From Polyangiaceae bacterium (GTDB lineage Bacteria > Myxococcota_A > Polyangia > Polyangiales > Polyangiaceae), in assembly GCA_044222475.1 (NCBI GenBank), contig JBGANF010000030.1, forward strand, positions 9,532 through 73,531: DNA of 64,000 bases, read 5' to 3'. The notes under the pieces are model-generated. The model worked only from the letters and a program-made list of their open reading frames with translations, had not been told where the DNA came from and made no database searches. A program made the translations under genes and the position numbers. This document shows, piece after piece, positions 56,961 to 64,000 of the stretch. Position 1 is the stretch's first letter, and each line of letters opens with the position of its first letter.

Positions 56961-58366
56961 GGCTTCGACTCCGCCATGAGCGCGCTCAGGAGGTCGCGAG
57001 CGCTCGCGTTGATGTCGCCCGCGCCGAGCGAGATGACGATGTCGCCCGGGCGCACGATCGCGAGGAGCTCGTCCTTGATCGCCTTCTTGTCGCGCACGTA
57101 GCGAACCGAGTGGTGGCCGTGGGCGTGAATCGCGTCGGCGAGCGCCTCGCCGGTGGCGCCGGGGATCGGCTGCTCGCCGGCGGCGTAGACCTCGGTCACC
57201 AAGAGCACGTCGGCCTTGTTGAACGCGCGCGTGAACTCGGGGAAGAGCGCCTCGGTGCGGGTGTAGCGGTGCGGCTGGAAAGCGACGACGACTCGGCGAT
57301 CGAAGCCGTTCTGCGCCGCGTCGAGGGTGGCCTCGACCTCGGCCGGGTGGTGGCCGTAGTCGTCGATGATGAGCACGTCGCCGGTCTTGCCGTCGCGGGT
57401 GATCGCCGGTTGTCCCAAAACGGTAAACCGACGCTGGACACCGTGGAAGCTCGCGATCGCGTCGCGGGTGACGTCGAGCGGGACCTCGAGCTCGTCCGCC
57501 GCGGCGATCACCGCGAGCGCGTTCTGCACGTTGTGCGCGCCGGGCATGTGCACGAGGAACTCGCCGAGGAGCTGGTCGCGGCGATACGCCGTGAAGTGGG
57601 TCTCGAGGCCCTCGAACCGCAGGTTCTTGGCGCGGTAGTCGGCCTGGCGCGAGAGACCGTACGTCACGTGGCGACGTTGGATCCGCGGAAGGATCTCCTG
57701 CACGTGGGGGTGATCGATGCAGAGCACACATAGCCCGTAGAACGGGACCTGGTTCGCGTGCTGCACGAACGCGTCCTTGACGCGCTCGTGGGTGCCGTAG
57801 TGATCGAGGTGCTCTGGGTCGATGTTGGTCACGACCGCGACGGTGGGGCTCAGGCGCAGGAACGACCCGTCGCTCTCGTCGGCCTCGGCGACGAAGAGGT
57901 CGCCGGCGCCGAGGCGCGCGTTCGAGCCCAGCGCGTTGACCTTGCCGCCGACGACGACCGTCGGGTCGAGGCCGGCCTGGCGAAGCACCGTCGCGACCAT
58001 CGACGTCGTCGTGGTCTTTCCGTGCGAGCCCGCGATGGTGACGCAGTACTTCACGCGCATCAGCTCCGCGAGCATCTCGCCGCGCGAGATGATCGGGATC
58101 TCGTTCGCGCGGGCGCGAGCGATCTCCGGGTTCTGCATCGAGACCGCGCTCGAGTAGACGACGACGTCGGCCCCTTGGACGTTCTCGGCGCGGTGCCCGA
58201 CGTCGACGCGAACGCCCATCGTCTCGAGGCGGCGCGTGTTGTCGTTTGGCTTCAGGTCCGACCCGGAGACGTCGAAGTCCATCGTGCGCAGGATCTCGGC
58301 GAGGCCGCTCATCCCGATGCCGCCGATGCCGACGAAGTGGACGTGGCGTACGCGACCGCGGAACAT
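56957..58366 (-). CDS. murC: UDP-N-acetylmuramate--L-alanine ligase
   Basis: [43 protein letters not shown]. Confidence 0.98.
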   Translation of the reverse strand: MFRGRVRHVHFVGIGGIGMSGLAEILRTMDFDVSGSDLKPNDNTRRLETMGVRVDVGHRAENVQGADVVVYSSAVSMQNPEIARARANEIPIISRGEMLAELMRVKYCVTIAGSHGKTTTTSMVATVLRQAGLDPTVVVGGKVNALGSNARLGAGDLFVAEADESDGSFLRLSPTVAVVTNIDPEHLDHYGTHERVKDAFVQHANQVPFYGLCVLCIDHPHVQEILPRIQRRHVTYGLSRQADYRAKNLRFEGLETHFTAYRRDQLLGEFLVHMPGAHNVQNALAVIAAADELEVPLDVTRDAIASFHGVQRRFTVLGQPAITRDGKTGDVLIIDDYGHHPAEVEATLDAAQNGFDRRVVVAFQPHRYTRTEALFPEFTRAFNKADVLLVTEVYAAGEQPIPGATGEALADAIHAHGHHSVRYVRDKKAIKDELLAIVRPGDIVISLGAGDINASARDLLSALMAESKP

Positions 58367-59511
58367 CAGTTGACCTCCAGGCGGGAGGCGCGATCGCCGT
58401 TCTTGCCGCTGCTGCCGTTCTTCGCGATCCGCAGCGGGACGCCGCCGAGGGCGAGGAGATCGCCGGCCGCGTCCCACGCCGCTCGCGGTCTACCGACCTT
58501 GCGCGCGGCGTCGGCCATAGCGACGCGTCGCCCGTCGTCGGCGAGGAGCTCGCCGAGCTCGCTGACGAGCCGTGCTTCGGTCGCATCGGTCTGGGCGATC
58601 ACCCGGGCGCCGCCCGCGGACGCCATCGCGAGGGCGTTCTTCGTCTGGTGGTCGTCGGCGGCGAAAGGAAACGGGACGAACACGGCCGCTCGGCCGACGG
58701 AGGCGATCTCGGCCACGGTGCCGGCGCCGGAGCGCGCGAGGATCAGGTCGGCGTCGCGGAGCGCAGCCGGCACGTCGTCGAGATACGGGCGCACGTCGGC
58801 GGCGACGCCGAGCGCGTCGTAGGCAGCGCGGACGGCCCCGTCGCTTCCGCGACCGGTCTGGTGGAGCACGCGGAGCCCGGGGTGAGCCTTCACGAGCGCG
58901 GCGACGACGCCGGGCATGCGTTCGTTGATGGCCTTCGCGCCGAGGCTGCCGCCCATCACGAGCAGACGCTTGGGTGTACCAACTTGGTACGGGTAGGGAT
59001 CGAACCCGGCCCGGAGCGGAACGCCGATGTCGCGACGCACGCTCTCGCCGAAGCGGCGCGCGACGTCCGGCCAGGTGACGTAGGCGCGCTTCGCGAACGG
59101 CGCGAGCAGACGATTGGTGAGCCCGAGCACGCCGTTGGGCTCGAACACCGCGATCGGAACCCGCGCGATGGCGGCCGCGAGCGCGACCGGACCGGCGGCG
59201 TAACCGCCGACGCTGAGCACCGCGGCGGGGTCGATGCCGCGAACGAGACGCAGCGCACGGAACGTGGCCTTCGCCGCGGTGAGCGCGCCGCCGATCGCGC
59301 GCTTGGCTCCCCCGCCCTTCATCGGCGAGACCTCGAGGAGCTCGAGCCGATAGCCGCGCGCCGGCACCACGTCTTTCTCGATGCCCCGCGCGGTTCCGCA
59401 GAAGATGACCTCGACGTCGGCGAGCGCGACGAGCGCATCTGCGACGGCCAAACCCGGGTAGACGTGCCCGCCGGTCCCGCCACCGGCGATGATGATGCGC
59501 GGTCGGCTCAA
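58366..59511 (-). CDS. murG: Undecaprenyl-PP-MurNAc-pentapeptide GlcNAc transferase
   Basis: [34 protein letters not shown] start with GAGGTG RBS. Confidence 0.97.
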   Translation of the reverse strand: MSRPRIIIAGGGTGGHVYPGLAVADALVALADVEVIFCGTARGIEKDVVPARGYRLELLEVSPMKGGGAKRAIGGALTAAKATFRALRLVRGIDPAAVLSVGGYAAGPVALAAAIARVPIAVFEPNGVLGLTNRLLAPFAKRAYVTWPDVARRFGESVRRDIGVPLRAGFDPYPYQVGTPKRLLVMGGSLGAKAINERMPGVVAALVKAHPGLRVLHQTGRGSDGAVRAAYDALGVAADVRPYLDDVPAALRDADLILARSGAGTVAEIASVGRAAVFVPFPFAADDHQTKNALAMASAGGARVIAQTDATEARLVSELGELLADDGRRVAMADAARKVGRPRAAWDAAGDLLALGGVPLRIAKNGSSGKNGDRASRLEVN

Positions 59512-59646
59512 TCGATCACCTCGGATGGAGAACGCTCGGGACGGGGACTCACGCTCCCGTTGAACCGCGCGCCGCACGAAACGTCAAGATTTCGGGTGGA
59601 TACGGCGGTGGTTCGCGGTCGGCCGGAGCGGCTAGAGTGGGACCCA

Positions 59647-60125
59647 TGAACCCGTTCACCGCCAAGCTCGAGCCCGTTTCCCACGGCGGGCTCTTCGTCG
59701 TGGTCCCGGCGAAGGTCGCCGCCGCCGCCGAGCTCACGCACGGCGCCCGCGTGCGGGGCACCGTCGACGGCGCGCCCTACCGCAGCTCCCTCATGAAGTA
59801 CGCCGGGGTGTTCCACCTCGGCGTTCACAAAGCCACCGCGCTGGCGGCAGGCGTCGGGGCCGGAGCCCGGGTCAAGGTCACGATCGAGCTCGACGACGAA
59901 CCCCTCCCGACCGACAGCGTGCCCCGCGACTTGGCTCGAGCGCTCGCGAGCGAGAAGAAGGCCGCCGCGTCGTGGAAGAAGCTCGCCCCCGCCGTGCGAC
60001 GCGGCTACGTGAAGAGCGTACTCGACGCGAAGAAGGACGAGACCCGCGCTCGCCGCGTGACGAAGATCGTCGAGACGTTGCGCGAGGGAGTCCCAGCCCG
60101 CCGGACGTGGACCCCGACCCGCTGA
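59647..60125 (+). CDS. DUF1905 + YdeI/OmdA-like protein
   Basis: RVRGTVDGAPYRSSL; VPRDLARAL...AKKDETRARRV; antisense insertion between ftsW and murG. Confidence 0.8.
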
Positions 60126-60135
60126 GCACCCCTCT

Positions 60136-61410
60136 TCACGAGGTGGGAGCGACCGCGTCGTCCGCGAGAGGCTCGGGCGCCTCCTCCGTCCGCGGCTCCT
60201 CCGTGACCTCGACCGGCGCCGGAGTCGGCGTGTCGCCCCAGACGGGCATCGGGTCGGCTTGACGCGAGACGCTGAGCAGAATTCCCGCCGCCGCAGCGTT
60301 CACGAGGAGCGACGAGCCACCGAAGCTGACGAACGGCAACGTGAGGCCCTTCGTCGGCAGGAGCGAGAGCGCGACCGCGAGGTTGAGGAGCGCCTGCACG
60401 CCGAACATCGTCGAGATGCCGAACGCCAAGTACGAACCGTAGTCGTCGGGAGCGCGAAGCGCGGTGCGGATGCCTCGAAGTACGAGGAGCAAGAACGCGA
60501 ACGCGAGCGCACACACCCCGACGAAGCCGAGCTCTTCACCGACGATCGCGGCGACGAAGTCGTTGTGGGCCTCGGGCAGATACAGCGTCTGCAGCCCCTT
60601 CCCCAGGCCGACTCCGGTGGGACCACCCGCGCCGAACGACATGACGGACTGGAACGGCTGGTACGCGAGGTCCTGCCGGTGCTGCTCCATGTTGAGCCAC
60701 GCGAGGTAGCGCTCGTAGCGGTACTCCTTGAAGCGAATCGCCGCCGCGCCGAACGCGCCGCCGAGGATCGACGCGCCGAGGATGTACCCGACCTTCGCCC
60801 CAGCGACGAAGAGCATCGTGAACGTGAGGAGCAGCAGCACGATCGCGCTGCCGAAGTCCGGCTGCTTCATGCAGAGGACCATGAAGAGCCCCGCCATCAT
60901 GAGGTGCGGCAAGAAGCCGACCGTGAAGCTCTTCACCCGATCGGCCTTCTTCGACAGCGAGTACGCGAGCCAAAGCACGATCGCGAGCTTCGCCATCTCG
61001 GCGGGCTGGATGTGGATCGGCCCGATCGCGATCCATCGCGTCGCGCCACCGCCCGAGTGACCGAAACCGACGACGCACGCGGTGAGGAGCCCGCCGACGA
61101 CGATCAGCGACGGGTACGTGAGCTTGTAGAGGCGGTGGTAGTCCAGCCGGCTCAGACCGAACATGACCGCGAGCGACGCGACGGCGTAGATCGCCTGGCG
61201 CTTCAGGAAGAACTGCGGGTCGTGGTTCTGCACCGTCGCCTGCATCGTCGACGCGCTGTAGACCATGACGACGCCGAAGCCGATCAGCGCGACGACGACG
61301 GCGGCCATCACCGGATCCATCGGCCCTTTCGCGCGCGCCGCGTCGGCTTTGGCGTCGAGCGGCGCTGCGCCGAGCTCCTTCACGAGGCGAACGTTCTGGG
61401 GGAGATGCAT
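60136..61410 (-). CDS. ftsW: Peptidoglycan glycosyltransferase FtsW
   Basis: MVYSAS, RWI...QPAEMAK, QPDFGS, LPEAHNDF, GEELG, LPFVSFGGSS. Confidence 0.97.
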   Translation of the reverse strand: MHLPQNVRLVKELGAAPLDAKADAARAKGPMDPVMAAVVVALIGFGVVMVYSASTMQATVQNHDPQFFLKRQAIYAVASLAVMFGLSRLDYHRLYKLTYPSLIVVGGLLTACVVGFGHSGGGATRWIAIGPIHIQPAEMAKLAIVLWLAYSLSKKADRVKSFTVGFLPHLMMAGLFMVLCMKQPDFGSAIVLLLLTFTMLFVAGAKVGYILGASILGGAFGAAAIRFKEYRYERYLAWLNMEQHRQDLAYQPFQSVMSFGAGGPTGVGLGKGLQTLYLPEAHNDFVAAIVGEELGFVGVCALAFAFLLLVLRGIRTALRAPDDYGSYLAFGISTMFGVQALLNLAVALSLLPTKGLTLPFVSFGGSSLLVNAAAAGILLSVSRQADPMPVWGDTPTPAPVEVTEEPRTEEAPEPLADDAVAPTS

Positions 61411-62741
61411 CAGGTGCCTCCTTGGAGCGACTTCACCGCGCGCACGAACTCGTCGCCGCGGTGCTTGTAGTCTCGGTACATGTCGAAGCTGGAGCACGCG
61501 GGCGAGAGCAGCACCGCGTCGCCGCGGACCGCCAGCTTCTGCGCGCGGGCGACGGCGTCGTCCATCGTGGTCGCGCGCTCGACGGGGATCTTCCCGCCGA
61601 TGGCGCGCTCGATCAGCGGGGCGGCCTCTCCGATCAGCACCGCGGCGCGGCCCTTCGACAGAAGCGCCGTCACGAGCGGCTCGTAGCTTCCGCCCTTGTC
61701 CTTGCCGCCGGCGATGAGGACCGCCTTCGGCTCGACGATGCCGGCGAGCGCGGTGACGACCGCGCCGACGTTGGTCCCCTTCGAGTCGTCGTAGTACCGC
61801 ACGCCGGCGATCTCGGCGACGAGCGCCATGCGATGACCAAGGCCCGCGAAGGTCTTCAGCACGTTGCGCCGGTGGGACTCGCTCACCGAGAACGGCGCGA
61901 GCATCGCGAGCGCGGCGGCGACGTTGAGCGCGTTGTGCCCGCCCTGGAGCGCGACGTCGCTGCGGAGGAAGCGTTGGCCGGTCAGGCGATCGACGACCGC
62001 GTCGGACGTGACGACGACGTCGGCCTTGGGATCCGTCCCGAACGTCACGATTCGCCCGCGGCCGCGGCGCGCTTCGGCCATGCACACGTCGTCCCCGAAT
62101 GGGATGACGGCGACGTCGCCCGCGTCCTGGCGACGAAAGCAGTTCCCCTTGGCCGCCGCGTAGGCGGCAAAGCTCGGATACCGGTCGAGGTGATCCTCCG
62201 TCACGTTGAGCAGCGACGCGGACTTGGGCTTGAACGTATCGACGCGCTCCATCTGGAAGCTCGAGACCTCGAGGACGATCACGTCGAACGCTTCGTCGGC
62301 GTGGCTCGCGAGCGGCTCGCCCAGGTTTCCGCCGGTGAACACCTTGCGCGAACCCTCGGCGAGCAGCTCACCGACCAGCGTCGTGGTCGTGCTCTTGCCG
62401 TTCGTCCCGCCGATCGCGGCGATCGGCGCAGGGTGCTTCAGCGAGCTGACGGCGAGCTCGATCTCGCCGACGATGGGCACGCCTTTGCGCTCGGCCGCTT
62501 CGAGCCCGCTGAACGAGGGCACGCCGGGCGATACGACCACGAGATCGAACCTCGCCGGATCGGCGGCCTCGTTGCTGCCGAGCGCGAGCGTGATCCCTGG
62601 GATCGCACGAACGGTCGCGTCGACGTCGTTCTTCGAGTCGAGCCCGGTGACGTGAGCCCCGCGCAGCGCACACAGCCGCGCCGCCGCGGCACCGCTGTGC
62701 CCGAGCCCGACGACGAGGACGCGACGTCCCGAGAGATCCAT
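61410..62741 (-). CDS. murD: UDP-MurNAc-L-Ala--D-glutamate ligase
   Basis: VVSPGV, GTNGKSTT, EVSSFQ, DHLDRY, DDSKGTN, LLSPACSSFD. Confidence 0.98.
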   Translation of the reverse strand: MDLSGRRVLVVGLGHSGAAAARLCALRGAHVTGLDSKNDVDATVRAIPGITLALGSNEAADPARFDLVVVSPGVPSFSGLEAAERKGVPIVGEIELAVSSLKHPAPIAAIGGTNGKSTTTTLVGELLAEGSRKVFTGGNLGEPLASHADEAFDVIVLEVSSFQMERVDTFKPKSASLLNVTEDHLDRYPSFAAYAAAKGNCFRRQDAGDVAVIPFGDDVCMAEARRGRGRIVTFGTDPKADVVVTSDAVVDRLTGQRFLRSDVALQGGHNALNVAAALAMLAPFSVSESHRRNVLKTFAGLGHRMALVAEIAGVRYYDDSKGTNVGAVVTALAGIVEPKAVLIAGGKDKGGSYEPLVTALLSKGRAAVLIGEAAPLIERAIGGKIPVERATTMDDAVARAQKLAVRGDAVLLSPACSSFDMYRDYKHRGDEFVRAVKSLQGGT

Positions 62742-62802
62742 GGACCCTCGTTGAACCTCGCGCGAAGAAAAACGTCAAGAAACCGGGGTATTTGCCCCGC
62801 TC

Positions 62803-63711
62803 TTACAGCGCGTACTTCGTCTTGAAGTAGCTCTCGATCGCAGCCGAGTCGGAGGTCGAGATCGTGCCCTTTACGATCACGATCTCCGCGACGTCGCCTG
62901 CGAGGCCGTGCAGGCCGTTCGGAGCCACGCCGCCGATGCTGAGCGGCACGCCGACCGCATCGGAGTTGACCGACGTCCCGGGCAGGTTGCCTTCGACCAC
63001 ACCATTGACGCGGAAGGTCGCCGCCCCGCTCGTGCGAGCGAACGCGAACTGGCGGGCCACGCCGTCCGCGTACGGACCGCCGGTGGAGAGAACGTTGTTG
63101 TTGGCGTCGAGCTGGCCGCCGGCGTGCGACGCGCTGAGGTTGAGATAGATCGCGTACCCCGCGTACGGGTTGGGAGTGACCTGCTTCGAGAGCACGCAGC
63201 CGAGCGACCCGTTGGCCGTCGGCCGTTTGGCGACGATGCCGATGAAGAAGTCCCCGGTGCCGAGCCGCAGCGTCGCCGCGTCGGCGATGGTGAGGTTCGG
63301 AGCGGTGGCAGCCGGCGGCGCGAAGCGAATCACGGCCTTGCCGTTGATGCCCGGAGTCACCACGACCGGCTCGAGCGATAGGATGTTCTGCACCGCATCG
63401 TTGGCATTGCCGGATTGATCGGCCCACTTGCTGACGTTTCCGCTGCCGTCGGCGGTGACGCCCTTCGCCGCATCGAGCCACAGCGCCAGCCCGGGGACCT
63501 TCCCGGGGTCGAACGGGCCCGCATCGGGGCTGGCGTCAGGGGGGGCCACGTCCGGCGTTCCGCTGTCCGGCGTGCTGCTGTCGGGCGCGCTGCTGTCGAG
63601 AGCAGCGTCCTGCCCGGCGTCAGGGACGGTGGTGGTGGTCGTTCCGCCGCCGCACGCGGCGCCGAAGACGGAAACGCCGATCGCGAAGAGATGCGTCGAA
63701 GGCTTCGTCAT
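62803..63711 (-). CDS. LamG-like jellyroll lipoprotein inserted between mraY and murD
   Basis: Lipobox GAAC; LALWLDAAKG...WADQSGN; GDVAEIV...YFKTKY. Confidence 0.8.
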   Translation of the reverse strand: MTKPSTHLFAIGVSVFGAACGGGTTTTTVPDAGQDAALDSSAPDSSTPDSGTPDVAPPDASPDAGPFDPGKVPGLALWLDAAKGVTADGSGNVSKWADQSGNANDAVQNILSLEPVVVTPGINGKAVIRFAPPAATAPNLTIADAATLRLGTGDFFIGIVAKRPTANGSLGCVLSKQVTPNPYAGYAIYLNLSASHAGGQLDANNNVLSTGGPYADGVARQFAFARTSGAATFRVNGVVEGNLPGTSVNSDAVGVPLSIGGVAPNGLHGLAGDVAEIVIVKGTISTSDSAAIESYFKTKYAL

Positions 63712-63715
63712 CGCG

Positions 63716-64000
63716 TCATCGTAGCTTCAAACTCGACAGCGCGACTAGAGCGAGCAAAAACGAGATGATCCAGAACCGCACGATGATCTTCGGCTCCGGC
63801 CACCCCTTCTTCTCGTAGTGGTGGTGGATCGGCGCCATCAAGAAGACCCGCTTGCGGAAGATCTTGAACGACAGCACCTGCACGATCACGCTCGACATCT
63901 CGAGGAAGAACACCCCGCCGAGGATGACGGCGAGCAGCTCGTTCTTGGTGAAGATCGCGCACATCCCGAGCCCGCCACCGAGCGCGAGCGCGCCGACGTC
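63716..64000 (-). CDS. mraY: Phospho-MurNAc-pentapeptide transferase, 3' part
   Basis: [29 protein letters not shown]; truncated by the window edge. Confidence 0.97.
   Translation of the reverse strand, partial: DVGALALGGGLGMCAIFTKNELLAVILGGVFFLEMSSVIVQVLSFKIFRKRVFLMAPIHHHYEKKGWPEPKIIVRFWIISFLLALVALSSLKLR

Overview
High-GC window with the gene style of Myxococcota (Polyangia-like, inferred): Cys-rich lipoproteins, a Ser/Thr kinase, ECF/FecR and a TonB-fused receptor. From left to right it holds: a CheB-domain/hybrid-kinase cluster; a Rieske oxygenase + SDR + PLP enzyme trio; a MacAB-type exporter; a CoaB-like/aldolase fusion; an ~11 kb phosphate-type uptake island (PhnD-like, PstS-like, porin, ExbBD-TonB, TBDR, PhoB-like); a frameshifted transglutaminase between perfect 140-bp direct repeats; an ECF/FecR locus with Cys-rich lipoproteins; an attenuator-preceded divergent EF-Tu; a convergent pair of four-helix-bundle genes; and a dcw cluster (mraY to ftsZ) broken by three insertions, one a RAYT-type HUH gene with 33-bp inverted repeats. 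Best novelty candidates: (1) the four-helix-bundle module, where each gene has a (GCTTCC)n array, a palindrome and a ~175-nt leader with compensatory base changes; (2) the leader-peptide/terminator-controlled EF-Tu paralog with substitutions at elfamycin-contact residues; (3) a 15-bp palindrome GT(C/A)CCR-N3-YGG(G/T)AC found about 19 times, mostly inside genes. All calls come from motif reading by eye; no searches were run.
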